A stretch of 64,000 nt of DNA from Burkholderiales bacterium (GCA_031277215.1 JAITMR010000073.1:10502-74501); one strand, 5' to 3'; positions 47,574 to 60,018 are shown, counted from the stretch's first letter. Notes: generated by a model not told the origin, from the letters alone. Program-made: numbers and translations.

Positions 47574-47600
47574 AAAAAAACCGGGGAAACTCCCCTTTTC
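47574..47600 (-). terminator. short hairpin flanked by A and T runs, between purB and ppiA
   Basis: aaaaaaaccGGGGAaacTCCCCttttc. The stem is only 5 bp. Confidence 0.4.
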
Positions 47601-47713
47601 AAAATCGCAGATCTATTATGATACAACATCACAGCGACCATGCTAACGTCGCCCCCCCCCTTCAGAAACCCGAAAGACATGGCCTTACACGAAGCTGCTC
47701 TGCGCTCTGGCAA

Positions 47714-49123
<1,410 letters not shown>

Positions 49124-49349
49124 CTATAGACGTTTTTATTGTAACCGCAAAGAATACATAGAGCGCAAAGAAAGCGCATCATTCGTGGGAGCGCGATTCA
49201 TCGCGCCTTCGTAGCTTCATGTGAATCGCTCCCTCTCCCGCGAGGAGAGAGGAGGTTAAGACGTTGGTATCCGCTACGCTCGCCCACATGCCCTCTCCAA
49301 CCTTTTTCCGCGCCAATCGCAGGAGTGACCCCCGTGCCTGCCCTGATCT

Positions 49350-49502
49350 CACACGAAGGCGCGGTGTGCGAATTCACGACTACCGTAGAAAATGGTACGA
49401 AGCACCGTCATTCCCGCGTGCTTCTAGCGGGAATCCAGCGTCTTTTGTTTTTCACACGAAGGCACGGTGTGCGAATTCACGATTACCGTAGAAAATGGTA
49501 CG
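49350..49502. repeat. two 50-bp direct repeats (49350-49399 and 49453-49502) flanking an ATTCCCGC-N9-GCGGGAAT hairpin
   Basis: The unit cacacgaaggcRcggtgtgcgaattcacgaYtaccgtagaaaatggtacg is identical at 48 of 50 positions between the two copies, with a period of 103 nt. Confidence 0.9.
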
Positions 49503-49532
49503 GTCAGGCTCTTCCCCTTGAAGGGAAAGGTT

Positions 49533-52500
49533 TTAGAGGAGAGCTTCTTCGTGCGTTACCTCTCCATACACCGTTTCTTGGTACGCTGCTTCTCTCTCCA
49601 TGTTGCGGAACGCCACCGACAGCATCAACTTGATTCGATTCAACTGATTGACTTCCGACGAGCCGGGGTCGTAGTCGATCGCGGTGATGTTGGCGTGCGG
49701 ATAGCGGCCTTTCAGCGCCTTGATGACGCCTTTGCCAGTGATGTGGTTGGGCAAACAGGCGAACGGCTGCATACAAACGATATTGGCCGCGCCTTGTTCG
49801 ATCAACGACACCATTTCAGCAGTCAGGAACCAGCCTTCGCCGGTCTGGTTGCCGCGCGACAAAATCGGCGCAGCGCCAAACGCTAGTTCGTCAATGCTGT
49901 GCGGCGGATCGAAGCGGCGGCTTTGCGTTAACGCTTTGCGCATGTCGCGCCGGTAAAATTCCATCGCTTTGATCACGGCGCTGCCAGCAAGCGCCGCCAA
50001 TCTGCTTTTCGACAAAAACTGATAGTTGAAATCGTAGTCGTACGCGCAATACAAAAGGAAATCCATCAACCCCGGCATCACGGCTTCGCCGCCTTCTTTT
50101 TCGATGGTCTTGACCAGATCGTTGTTGGCCATCGGATGGAATTTCACCAGAATCTCGCCGACGAGGCCAACGCGCGGTTTGCGTTGTTCGGCGATTTCGA
50201 GGCGATCAAAATCGTCAACGATGCCGTAAATATTCTTTTTGTATGTGGCAAAATCGCCCTTGAGGAGCGCCTCCTTGCAGTGCGCCACCCAGTGCCGGTA
50301 CAACGCCTCTGCCGAGCCTGGCACTTTCTCATACGGGCGCGTTCGGAACAGGGTTTGCATCAACAAATCGCCATAGACAATGCCCATCATCATCCGACCG
50401 AGCAGCGGTAGCGTCAGCTTGAAGCCATCGTTTTTTTCCATTCCGACTACGTTGAGCGACAGCACCGGCACATCGGGAAAACCGCCGTCGTGCAACGCTT
50501 TGCGCAGATAGCTGATGTAATTGGTTGCACGGCAACCGCCTCCTGTCTGCGAAATCAGCGCTGCTGTCGTCTTGGGATCGTATTCGCCGGACTTCAGCGC
50601 CTCGATAAGCTGGCCGACAACGATGATCGCCGGATAACAAGCGTCGTTGTTGACGTAGCGCAGCCCTTCGTCAACGGCAGCCGGACTGACTTCTTCGAGA
50701 ATCTTCAACCGATAACCGAAGGCTTTGAATGCGGGTTCGAGAAACTGGAAATGAACCGGCGACATCTGCGGCGCGATAATGGTGTGCGTCTCGCGCATCG
50801 CTTTTGTGAAAGGCCGATGCCGGTATTTGGGCGGATGAAAACGACACGTCTGAGGCGCTTGCGCCGTGCGTTCTTTCAGCGCGGCTTTCAGCGAACGAAT
50901 GCGAATCCGCGCGGCGCCGAGGTTGTTGCCTTCGTCGATTTTGATTGTCGTGTAAATCCTGCCGCGCGCCTCAAGAATTTCCTGAACCTGATCGGTCGAA
51001 ATCGAGTCCAGTCCGCAGCCGAACGAATTCAAGTGAATCACTTCCAGGTCTTGCCGCGCCGATGCCAGCGCGGCGGCGCGATACAGCCGTGCGTGGTACA
51101 TCCATTGATCGACGACGCGCAACGGCCCCTCAAGTTTGCCGAGATGCGCCACCGAATCTTCGGTGAGCACAGCCATGCCCAGCGCGGTAATGATCTGCGG
51201 AATGCCGTGATGAATTTCGGGATCGATGTGATATGGTCGTCCGACCAGAACAATGCCACGGGTTCCGGTTTCCGCCAGCCAGGCCAGAACTTCCTCGCCC
51301 TTGCGCTGAACATCTTGTTTGAAACGTCGCTGTTCTTCCCACCCGGCCTCAAGCGCACGGCGAATTTCCGCCGCCTTGATCCCGAATGGCGCAAACACTT
51401 GTGTCAGGCGTTTGGCGAGTTTTCCCTTGTCCGCCAACGACATGAAAGGCTGGATCAACGTGACGTTATTTTCCTTTAACAGATCGATGTTGTTGCGGAT
51501 CAGCTCGGGGTAGGAAGTCACGATCGGACAGTTGAAATGGTTGTCGCTGTCGTCGAACTCTTTATGTTCGTAAGACACGCACGGATAAAAAATCGTTTTG
51601 ACCCCCTGCCGCACCAGATCGACGATGTGGCCGTTTGCCAGCTTGGCCGGATAACAGATCGAATCGGAAGGAAGCGTGTCGAGTCCCTGTTCCAGAACCG
51701 CTCTCGACGACGGCGGCGACAGCACCACACGGTAGCCCAGCGTCGTCAAAAAGGTGAACCACAGCGGATAATTTTCAAAAAGATTGAGGACGCGCGGAAT
51801 CCCAATAGCACCACGCGATCCTTCTTTCAGCGGTTCGTAGTCGAACACGCGCTCATATTTGTAAGCGAACAGATCGGGCAGTTCGTTGCCGTCTTTTTTC
51901 TTGCCGACGCCGCGTTCGCAGCGGTTTCCGGAAATGAATTTGCGTCCGTCGGAGAAGCGGTTGACGGTCATCGCGCACTGATTGGTGCAATGGCCGCAAC
52001 GCGCCATAGATTGTTTTACCGAAAACTGTTGCAGCGCTTCTGGGTCCAGCATCGCCGAAGGCTCGATGCCTTGCCAGCGTTCCTTCGCAATCAGCGCCGA
52101 ACCGAACGCGCCCATCAAGCCGGCGATGTCGGGTCTTACCGCTTCCCGCTCTGAAATCAGCTCAAAAGCGCGTAGCACCGAATCATTGTAAAACGTCCCG
52201 CCTTGAACGATGATTTTTTCACCGAGTTCGTGCGGGTTGCGCACTTTCATCACTTTGATCAGCGCGTTTTTGACCACCGCGTACGACAACCCCGCCGAAA
52301 TATCCGCAACCGAAGCGCCCTCTTTTTGCGCTTGTTTGACGCTCGAATTCATGAACACGGTGCAGCGCGATCCCAAATCGGCCGGCGCCCGCGATTCCAG
52401 TGCTTCTTTCGCAAAGGTATCAACCGACATTTGCACCGATTGCGCAAAGGTTTCAATGAACGATCCGCATCCGGAGGAACACGCCTCGTTCAACAGAATG

Positions 52501-53822
52501 TTGTCGATCACGCCGTTCTTGATCCGCAAACATTTCATGTCCTGACCGCCGATGTCCAGAATGAAATCGACGCCGGGCAAAAAGTGATTGGCCGCTTTGT
52601 AGTGGGCGATCGTCTCGACTTCGGAAAAGTCGATTTTGTACGCTTCACGAATCAGCGCTTCACCATAACCCGTTACCGACGACGCGGCAATTGTGACGCC
52701 CTCCGGCAGCGCCGCATAGATTTCATCAAGCGCCGCCGCGACGATGCGCAGCGGATCGCCTTCGTTACTGCCGTAATAGGAATGCAGAAGTTCGCCGTTC
52801 TCGCCGATCAACACGGCTTTGGTCGTCGTCGAACCGCCATCGATTCCCAGAAACACCGGGCCGTGATGTTTTGCCAGTTCAGCGCGCACCACCTTCGCTT
52901 CCCGATGGCGCACGTCGAATGCCTGCCGCGTTTTGGCATCGGCGAAGAAGGGACGCAACGTAGCGATTTCACTTTGGCCGCTGTTGCGCACTTCCTCGAA
53001 GGCGTCGGCGATACAGAAAAAAGGACGCGCTTCCTCTTGTTTGCCGTGTAACGCCGCGCCCAGCGCCACGAACAATTCGCTGTTGTCCGTCAGCACCACA
53101 TCGTCGGCACCCAATTGTAAGGTTTCGATGAAACGTTTTTTCAGTTCGGGCAGAAAATTCAACGGCCCGCCGAGAAAAGCCACTTTCCCCCTGATCTTGC
53201 GACCGCACGCAAGACCGCTGATGGTTTGATGCGCCACCGCCTGAAAAATCGACAACGCAATGTCTTCCCGCGCCACACCTTCGTTCAATAGCGGCTGCAC
53301 ATCGGTTTTTGCAAACACGCCACAACGCGCCGCGATTGGATAAATGTTTTTCGCTTCCTTCGCCAGCTCATCGAGCCCGACCGCGTCGGTACGCAACAGG
53401 CTCGCCATTTGGTCGATAAACGCGCCGGTGCCGCCCGCGCAGATGCCGTTCATTCGTTGCTCGACGCCGTTGGTAAAAAACGTGATCTTGGCGTCTTCGC
53501 CGCCCAGTTCGATCGCCACATCGGTGCGCGGCGCCAATGTCTCAACGGCTTCGGCGCAGGCGATCACCTCCTGCACGAACGGAAAACCGGAAATCTCCGC
53601 GATCCCGAGGCCGCCGGAACCAGTGACGACCAGCGTTGCCGACGCGCCATCGGAGAACAAGCCGCTCTGACGCAATCGCGCTATATTGTCGACCACCGTC
53701 CGGCGAACTTCGGAGAGGTGCCGGGTATAGGTCTTGTAGAGAAGACGCTGTTCACCATCGACGACAACGACCTTGACCGTCGTTGAGCCTACATCGATGC
53801 CGATACGTAAAAAAACGGACAT
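49533..53822 (-). CDS. fused double BcrA/BadF/HgdC-type activase ATPase plus 2-hydroxyacyl-CoA dehydratase-like (DUF2229/HGD-D) protein
   Basis: 1429 aa. Two ASKHA ATPase modules begin at [10 protein letters not shown] (aa 8) and [10 protein letters not shown] (aa 326). Each has a Cys pair at HgdC-like positions: C128/C167 ([13 protein letters not shown]) and C448/C487 (ACSSGCG, RCTVF). These are followed by CGHCTNQC and about 800 aa of dehydratase-component-like sequence. Confidence 0.8.
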   Translation of the reverse strand: MSVFLRIGIDVGSTTVKVVVVDGEQRLLYKTYTRHLSEVRRTVVDNIARLRQSGLFSDGASATLVVTGSGGLGIAEISGFPFVQEVIACAEAVETLAPRTDVAIELGGEDAKITFFTNGVEQRMNGICAGGTGAFIDQMASLLRTDAVGLDELAKEAKNIYPIAARCGVFAKTDVQPLLNEGVAREDIALSIFQAVAHQTISGLACGRKIRGKVAFLGGPLNFLPELKKRFIETLQLGADDVVLTDNSELFVALGAALHGKQEEARPFFCIADAFEEVRNSGQSEIATLRPFFADAKTRQAFDVRHREAKVVRAELAKHHGPVFLGIDGGSTTTKAVLIGENGELLHSYYGSNEGDPLRIVAAALDEIYAALPEGVTIAASSVTGYGEALIREAYKIDFSEVETIAHYKAANHFLPGVDFILDIGGQDMKCLRIKNGVIDNILLNEACSSGCGSFIETFAQSVQMSVDTFAKEALESRAPADLGSRCTVFMNSSVKQAQKEGASVADISAGLSYAVVKNALIKVMKVRNPHELGEKIIVQGGTFYNDSVLRAFELISEREAVRPDIAGLMGAFGSALIAKERWQGIEPSAMLDPEALQQFSVKQSMARCGHCTNQCAMTVNRFSDGRKFISGNRCERGVGKKKDGNELPDLFAYKYERVFDYEPLKEGSRGAIGIPRVLNLFENYPLWFTFLTTLGYRVVLSPPSSRAVLEQGLDTLPSDSICYPAKLANGHIVDLVRQGVKTIFYPCVSYEHKEFDDSDNHFNCPIVTSYPELIRNNIDLLKENNVTLIQPFMSLADKGKLAKRLTQVFAPFGIKAAEIRRALEAGWEEQRRFKQDVQRKGEEVLAWLAETGTRGIVLVGRPYHIDPEIHHGIPQIITALGMAVLTEDSVAHLGKLEGPLRVVDQWMYHARLYRAAALASARQDLEVIHLNSFGCGLDSISTDQVQEILEARGRIYTTIKIDEGNNLGAARIRIRSLKAALKERTAQAPQTCRFHPPKYRHRPFTKAMRETHTIIAPQMSPVHFQFLEPAFKAFGYRLKILEEVSPAAVDEGLRYVNNDACYPAIIVVGQLIEALKSGEYDPKTTAALISQTGGGCRATNYISYLRKALHDGGFPDVPVLSLNVVGMEKNDGFKLTLPLLGRMMMGIVYGDLLMQTLFRTRPYEKVPGSAEALYRHWVAHCKEALLKGDFATYKKNIYGIVDDFDRLEIAEQRKPRVGLVGEILVKFHPMANNDLVKTIEKEGGEAVMPGLMDFLLYCAYDYDFNYQFLSKSRLAALAGSAVIKAMEFYRRDMRKALTQSRRFDPPHSIDELAFGAAPILSRGNQTGEGWFLTAEMVSLIEQGAANIVCMQPFACLPNHITGKGVIKALKGRYPHANITAIDYDPGSSEVNQLNRIKLMLSVAFRNMEREAAYQETVYGEVTHEEALL

Positions 53823-54050
53823 ACGCGAAAAGTACCAAGGAAAGCGCCAAGATGACCTTTAGTAATTTTCTAGTCTAGCATTAAATGTTGGGGTTATTTT
53901 TACAATGCCGTCCGCTCATTCTTTTGCGACCGTCCTGCCGCTCAAGGAGGTGGGCGCAAACCGCGTGGATAAAAAAAATCCCCGCCGCGCTCTGCGATGG
54001 GGATACCCCCTTTGGAACACCAGCTTTCGTATTTACTTCGCGCGATATAG

Positions 54051-54725
54051 TTATAAGTTTGCCCGCGCCGCCTTTATGCTCCAAACAACCACCATTGCGA
54101 TAAGTACAGCAAGAGTCGTGCCAAACGCCAAGAAACACGCTTGCGCCATATTCATGAATTTTAGCGAAGGAATCAGGTACCAACCTCCCGATGCCGTGTA
54201 CATGTCAACGAACCACTGCTGAAGACTGTTCAGCGTCACATTCGCTGGAACAATGGGAGCGTCGTAGCCGCAGTCTCCGGTCGGTTTGAACCATTCCGGC
54301 CACCACTTCGCCAGTGGCAAATCGAGCGGATAACGAGGCTCCGTCGAACAACCCTGTACGCCGAAAAAGTCCCCTGCCGGATTGTGCACCGCATAGTGAA
54401 TCTTGTTGAGCGTAAGCGAATACAGGATGCCGGCGATCGCGCCGTAAAAGGCCAATAGGCACCCAATCAGTTTCAGCACAATGTTTTTCGGGTTGATCGC
54501 GGCGATCAGGCCGCCCGCCGCCATCACCAGCATCGCAAAACGGATGTAAACGCAATGCTCGCACGGCGGCATGTAGAGATAGTTCTGAAAAAATGCGTGG
54601 GCGATAAACACCAGCCCGCCCGCCGCTGCCGCCATCAAGAGCCACAGAAACCGCTGGTTCTGCCACTTGAAAAGCGTATCGACCGGGGACGCGCACAGCG
54701 CCTCCCAGTCTCCCTTGAGCGCCAC
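54051..54725 (-). CDS. dsbI: DsbB-family disulfide oxidoreductase, DsbI-like
   Basis: Polytopic protein. The first periplasmic loop carries CEHC and the second loop a Cys pair (GCSTEP...TGDCGYD). GTG start 10 nt after the dsbL stop. Confidence 0.7.
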   Translation of the reverse strand: MALKGDWEALCASPVDTLFKWQNQRFLWLLMAAAAGGLVFIAHAFFQNYLYMPPCEHCVYIRFAMLVMAAGGLIAAINPKNIVLKLIGCLLAFYGAIAGILYSLTLNKIHYAVHNPAGDFFGVQGCSTEPRYPLDLPLAKWWPEWFKPTGDCGYDAPIVPANVTLNSLQQWFVDMYTASGGWYLIPSLKFMNMAQACFLAFGTTLAVLIAMVVVWSIKAARANL

Positions 54726-54735
54726 CCAGTGCCCT

Positions 54736-55398
54736 TTACTTGGCGGACAGTTCTTTAATCAAACTTGTCAAGCCGTTTTCCGACCGGATACTCTTGGTGT
54801 AAATCAAATACTTGCCGTTAACGATGTAAGCCGGAACTCCCTGAATGGCGGCAACCTCGTGACCGGCCTTCCATTTCTGAAGCATCTCCTCGATCTTGGG
54901 ATCCTTGGCCGCCGCGTCATACTCGGCGCGACTCATGCCTGCCGCGTCAAGTCCGGTTTTCAGGAAATCGCTTTCACCGCCGTCCCAACGCTCCGCTTTC
55001 TCGTGGTACGCCGTGTAATACGCCATTTTTGCCTTCATGAAAAGCGATTTGTCGTCGGTCAACGGCGTCCCGCTGGCCTGATCCTTAAGTATCAGCACCG
55101 CAAAAAGCCGACTGGCTTGCGGCCCGTATTTCGCCTTGGTTTCGAGATGGTACGGCTCAAACTTAACAGCACTTCCGAGCTTTTGCACAACCGCCCCAGT
55201 GACCCTTTTGTCATACCTGTAACAGAACGGGCAATCGTAACTGGTAACCTTGATCAGTGTCTTGTCCGCATTGGGGATCGGTTTTTCCAGAACGACATAA
55301 TCCGTTCCCGCGGTAAAAGCCGAAGCCGAAAAAGCCGCAGCAAGAAAAGAGGCACACAAAGCGCCCTTCAAAAAACGTCTTAAAAATTTCGATTGCAT
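54736..55398 (-). CDS. dsbL: periplasmic DsbA-family thiol:disulfide oxidoreductase, DsbL-like
   Basis: Signal peptide and a CPFC active site. It pairs with the DsbI-like gene. RBS aaggag. Confidence 0.7.
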   Translation of the reverse strand: MQSKFLRRFLKGALCASFLAAAFSASAFTAGTDYVVLEKPIPNADKTLIKVTSYDCPFCYRYDKRVTGAVVQKLGSAVKFEPYHLETKAKYGPQASRLFAVLILKDQASGTPLTDDKSLFMKAKMAYYTAYHEKAERWDGGESDFLKTGLDAAGMSRAEYDAAAKDPKIEEMLQKWKAGHEVAAIQGVPAYIVNGKYLIYTKSIRSENGLTSLIKELSAK

Positions 55399-55675
55399 AA
55401 ATTGCTCCTTGTCGGTAGATTACTTTCCACATCCTCCGAGATCATAGCAACCTTCAAAAGGCTCGACACAAACTTAGGTAACACTTTTTAACCATAGCCG
55501 ATACACGCCACTTCGGCAGCCGGTTGTTTTTATTATAGGCGGGGCATTTTTTCCCTGAAACAGTCATCGCCGCAGCATACCCCCCGTTGACCGTTTATTT
55601 TACGGGCAATGCAATAATCGTAATAGGATACCCCGATAAAACAAATACCGTTTCAGAATAACAGCTACTCGAAAA

Positions 55676-56620
55676 ATGAAAAATCTCACGATCGACACCG
55701 ATTTGCTGCTACTGTTCAAAGCCCTGCACGAAACGCGTTCGCTGACACTGACAGCCAGCCGCCTCAACATAAGCCAGGCGGCAGCCAGTCGGGCGCTCTC
55801 CAAACTGCGCGTTATTTTCAGCGACAACCTCTTCATCAAGTCCGGTCACGGAATGCTGGTGACACCCCGGGCGGAAGCCCTGTACCCGCTCGTGCAAGAC
55901 TCGCTGACCGCCATCGTGCAACTGACTGCTCCACCGGAGCAATTCGATCCGGCATCGCTCGTTCGCGTTTTCCGGGTCGGCGGCACCGATGACGGGGTTT
56001 TCACCATCCTCTCGCGCGTTTTGCAAGAACTTTTTTCGCGAGCGCCGCGTACGCAACTGGATATCATTCCGATTAACGACGACCTATATACCTGCCTCAA
56101 GGATGGTCGGATGGATATCGCGATCCATCCGGTGCAAGCCCTGCCGCCCGACTTCCACGAATACCGCCTCTCAGAGGAGCAATACGCTTGCCTCGTCCGC
56201 AAAAGTCATCCTTTGGCATACTATGCCGAAAAAGGGCAGGCGCCACCCCTTGAAGAAATCCGCCGCTACCGCCGAATGCAAATCTCCATTCAGCAGGGCG
56301 GAAAACCGCGATACGTGGTTGACGACGTGGCCTTCCTCACCCCGCCTCCCCAGGAAGAAGTCGCCATGTGGGTGCCTTATTTTCTGGCGGCGCCGTTACT
56401 GCTGACCGAAACCGATTTTGTGTTGACGCTCCCTCGGAAAACGGCTGAACATTTTGCCGAAATAGCGCCACTGGTCATGTTTCCCAGCCCCTTTCCTTCC
56501 AGAACTTATTTCACCCGTTTGATCTGGCACCACCGCGTCCACCACGATCCGGCGATCCAATGGTTGCGCTCGCTTTTTGTCAAATACACCTCCAACAAAG
56601 CAGAAAAGCCGATTGCTTGA
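55676..56620 (+). CDS. LysR-family transcriptional regulator
   Basis: N-terminal wHTH (LLLFKALHETRSLTLTASRLNISQAAASRALSKLR) plus a substrate-binding domain. It is divergent from dsbL. Confidence 0.9.
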   Translation: MKNLTIDTDLLLLFKALHETRSLTLTASRLNISQAAASRALSKLRVIFSDNLFIKSGHGMLVTPRAEALYPLVQDSLTAIVQLTAPPEQFDPASLVRVFRVGGTDDGVFTILSRVLQELFSRAPRTQLDIIPINDDLYTCLKDGRMDIAIHPVQALPPDFHEYRLSEEQYACLVRKSHPLAYYAEKGQAPPLEEIRRYRRMQISIQQGGKPRYVVDDVAFLTPPPQEEVAMWVPYFLAAPLLLTETDFVLTLPRKTAEHFAEIAPLVMFPSPFPSRTYFTRLIWHHRVHHDPAIQWLRSLFVKYTSNKAEKPIA

Positions 56621-56979
56621 TTTAGACAGTGTGGTCGCTATCTCCTTGAACGACATGCCACGCCGATGCAATCGCACCGTCTACTTGCACCTCTCGTGCT
56701 GTGCTTCACGTGATAGCTTGTGCCTGTCTTCTTTATCCATGTTCTCCATATGGGGAATCATCTCAATAATTCAGCCCTCAATGGCCGGAGAAACAGCGAC
56801 AAGCCAACCTTTTCCATCTCTCCCTCTTTATGTTTATTTTAAATGACGCAATAAATACAGCTGTCCTGGCCACATCATATGATATATTGTATAGTATTCT
56901 TTCGCGTCACAAGGGGTGATGTTTTGACCTCAAGTGTGCGGAATTTCTTCTATCGACATTGAAAAATTGGAAGGGCTTT

Positions 56980-58749
56980 ATGAGGGTCAGATTTTCAACC
57001 TTGCTGCGAGTCATTTTAGGGGTGGCGATGGCCTCAGGATTGCATACCCAGGCGCTTGCCGAAACTGCTGACCCTTTGTACTTGGTTTACATGAACCCTT
57101 TTGTCGTCCAGGAATATGAGCAGGGCGCCATAGATGCAGGGTATGTTCGCCCGGAAATTCCGGTCATGATCCGGGAGGAGGAAAAAGACAATTATCTGTT
57201 TCGGAATCTGGATCAATTCAAATACTCACCGGGTGTGGAGCGCACAAAAAGTGAAATCGCCAGACAGTTTTCCCTGCGCCATGTCAAAGAAACTGCTTCG
57301 CCGATGCCTGCGTTTTACGCACGTCTGAATGAAAGCGAGGTTCGAGAATTAGTCAAATCTGATCGTGTCGTTTCCGTTGATCGAATGGACACAGATGGAG
57401 AAAATTTTACTTTTTCCTCGTACTATGATTACACCTCCGGAGGCGAGGTGATCCCGTGGGGAAAACAGGCGGTCGGCGCCAACGACATCGTTCTGGTCAA
57501 CAATAATTTCTATATTGTAGATGCTCCATACAACAGCCCCGCGCTGAGAAACGAAATAAACTTGTCCTATACAGATACTCCCACTACTGCTCTAGATGGG
57601 TATCACGCGGCACACATCCTTTCGATAGTCGCCGCCAAAGTAAATTCGTTCGGGATTAGAGGAATAAACACGGGGCAGCAGATAGTGCATCTTGAAACTG
57701 ATTTAACCGACCCCTCTATTATTAACAAGATTGCGCTGATAGCGGCCATGTCGGAGTGGCGGGGACAATTCTCTACATTGAATTTGTCGTTCAACTACGA
57801 TGCCCCCAACCAATCATCAAACCCTTTTAATCACGAAGCGTCGTTGGGGCGAGTTATCAGGAGAGCGTCGGGACGGTTGTTTGTCGCGCAGTCGGCGGGC
57901 AATCATAGCGCAAATGCCTGCTTGAAAGCTTTTAACTATAACGGTGCGCCCGTCCAGACGAACGACGGGATTATGGTCGTTGGCGGAACGGATCGCTTCG
58001 GTGACAGATATCCGCAAACATGGATCCCCTATCCTTATGGCCGATGGGAGAATCGATCAAATTATGGCTCGTGTGTCGATGTATGGGCACCCGGTAACGA
58101 GATGACTACTACAATGCCCGATGGGACACTCATTTCCATGACAGGAACTTCTTTTTCGGCACCAATCGTTGCCGCGATTGCGGGACGCTATGGAAATGCC
58201 AGCACTCGCCCCATTGAGCGAGAGTCCTATATACGAAACGGGATGGCTTTTACAGGAAAGTACGATGGAGCGGCAGGTTCAAACCTTCCTATCTATTTGG
58301 CTCAATACACTCCGCCCTCTTGGCACAACATTCCGAGGCAGCTTCCGGTTGCCGCCGTATACTCAAACACTAACACGACAAACCTTAACAAACTCGTAGA
58401 TCAGCAATTCTATGATGGAATCGACTGGAATGCTGGCGGCCAATGGGGAAGCATCGTTCTCGACCTTGGATCAGTGAAAAATTTGAAGGGCGTGCGCGTG
58501 ATGATTCGATCTTCCGCAGCGGGAGGGTTGCTCGCATTTACCGTTCATGGTGGAAATTCAATCACCATGACCGGGCCAGGAATAGCTGTGACCCCATCAA
58601 ATGTCATTGCAACCAAAAACATCACCGACCAGTACGATCTGGTTCCATATTACATCCCTTTTGATGGAAACTACAGGTATGTGATGATTGAAGCGAACAA
58701 TACGGTTTCCTGGCTTTCTTATTCCGAGGTTGAAGTGTATGGACACTAA
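56980..58749 (+). CDS. secreted S8 (subtilisin-like) serine peptidase with I9-like propeptide and C-terminal F5/8 type C (discoidin) domain
   Basis: Signal peptide ending ALA. Catalytic His HAAHILS, oxyanion SAGN and Ser GTSFSAPIVAA. The C-terminal ~140 aa (DGIDWNAGGQWGSIVLDLG...YSEVEVYG) are discoidin-like. Confidence 0.8.
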   Translation: MRVRFSTLLRVILGVAMASGLHTQALAETADPLYLVYMNPFVVQEYEQGAIDAGYVRPEIPVMIREEEKDNYLFRNLDQFKYSPGVERTKSEIARQFSLRHVKETASPMPAFYARLNESEVRELVKSDRVVSVDRMDTDGENFTFSSYYDYTSGGEVIPWGKQAVGANDIVLVNNNFYIVDAPYNSPALRNEINLSYTDTPTTALDGYHAAHILSIVAAKVNSFGIRGINTGQQIVHLETDLTDPSIINKIALIAAMSEWRGQFSTLNLSFNYDAPNQSSNPFNHEASLGRVIRRASGRLFVAQSAGNHSANACLKAFNYNGAPVQTNDGIMVVGGTDRFGDRYPQTWIPYPYGRWENRSNYGSCVDVWAPGNEMTTTMPDGTLISMTGTSFSAPIVAAIAGRYGNASTRPIERESYIRNGMAFTGKYDGAAGSNLPIYLAQYTPPSWHNIPRQLPVAAVYSNTNTTNLNKLVDQQFYDGIDWNAGGQWGSIVLDLGSVKNLKGVRVMIRSSAAGGLLAFTVHGGNSITMTGPGIAVTPSNVIATKNITDQYDLVPYYIPFDGNYRYVMIEANNTVSWLSYSEVEVYGH

Positions 58750-59998
58750 ACGATTATCGTTGGCTTCTCTCGCTGCATTGATGGCGCTACTGATAATGAG
58801 TTGTGGCGGCGGAGGCGATTCCGCCCAGCCCAAACCGCCCGCCCCGATAGACCCGCCGCTCGGCTCGATAGACCTGCCGCGCGGCCCGAAGTTGGAACTA
58901 CTCACCGGCAAAATTTCAGCGGATTTCGACAACTGTCAATCGGCCAACGGCGCGATGGACGAGGCGCAGTTTTCGCACCTGCTACGCGCTACTGTGTACA
59001 AAGACGCGGTGTATCTGGCGGAAACTGGCGAGAACTGTGCCAATGTGGGCCTTGACATCAACCTAAGCCCCCGCAATCTTCTGCCTGCGATTCGCAAGCT
59101 GTCCGGCGGGACGGTAGAGACTGCCTTGGTTTTTTACCCTTACTCCACTTTCGGATATGACCCCGTCACGGTTAGATACCCCAGCGGCTTCCACCGCAAG
59201 GAGAGCACGGGAGAATCTTTTGTGCTGGGTTATGCTGCGGCCTCCAGCGAATGGAACTTTGCGCTCAACGAAAATGAGGTGTCTCTATACACTGAACGAG
59301 GAGGATGGAGCCGCTACGTCCCTGGCCTTTTCAGGTTCAGGCCGTCACAGTCATGGGCAAGCTACGATGATCTTGTCGCAGGCGCAGGGATAGGCGGCGG
59401 GCTTGGAGCGGGCGAACCACCTTCACATGCTGACGGAAAAGGGTTTGAGGCGAGATTTACCGCGCCGCACGACTTGGAGGCGGATGCTGCAGGTCGGTTC
59501 TACTTGATCGACGATGGCCGCATCCGCACCATCGACAGCGATTACGAGGTAGCGACGTTGGATCATGCGGCGCTGGGTATCGCGGATATGGGTAAGGTCA
59601 AGGCGCTCGATGCCGATCATCAGGGGAACATCCATGTGCTAGAGCAGCGCATTGGCGGCTACAAAAGATACACATGGCACAGACTTGCGGATGGGTCTCA
59701 GGCCGATTTCCAGATCCCTGGAGCAGAGTTTGGGGCGACACTGCCGACGTTGGAAACGTTCGCAGTGACAGGCAACGATATCGTGCTGGCCGTGCGCCAT
59801 CCCTTTTCTCTTACCCAATTGTACCGGGTGTCCGCTACGGGCGAAGTGGTGGAATTGACCGGTACCGACACGCCTACGGATCAGCCTTCGCAATACTTGC
59901 TGCCCCCGGTAAAACACATTGAGTATGGGGTTGACGGGCACCTGTATATCGTGCTGCCGCAAGGGGTGTTGATAGCGCGAGACTATAGCGTTCAATAA
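58739..59998 (+). CDS. lipoprotein with NHL-like beta-propeller repeats
   Basis: Lipobox LIMSCGG. NHL-like repeat DGKGFEARFTAPHDLEADAAGRFYLIDDGRIRTID. The ATG overlaps the 3' end of the S8 gene by 11 nt. Confidence 0.6.
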   Translation: MDTKRLSLASLAALMALLIMSCGGGGDSAQPKPPAPIDPPLGSIDLPRGPKLELLTGKISADFDNCQSANGAMDEAQFSHLLRATVYKDAVYLAETGENCANVGLDINLSPRNLLPAIRKLSGGTVETALVFYPYSTFGYDPVTVRYPSGFHRKESTGESFVLGYAAASSEWNFALNENEVSLYTERGGWSRYVPGLFRFRPSQSWASYDDLVAGAGIGGGLGAGEPPSHADGKGFEARFTAPHDLEADAAGRFYLIDDGRIRTIDSDYEVATLDHAALGIADMGKVKALDADHQGNIHVLEQRIGGYKRYTWHRLADGSQADFQIPGAEFGATLPTLETFAVTGNDIVLAVRHPFSLTQLYRVSATGEVVELTGTDTPTDQPSQYLLPPVKHIEYGVDGHLYIVLPQGVLIARDYSVQ

Positions 59999-60018
59999 AA
60001 TTTTTGAATAGATTTTTA

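Noticed and set aside
50490-53051. Several 280-330-aa plus-strand ORFs (50490-51479, 52203-53051 and others)
   Set aside because: All are antisense shadows of the 1429-aa activase-fusion gene.
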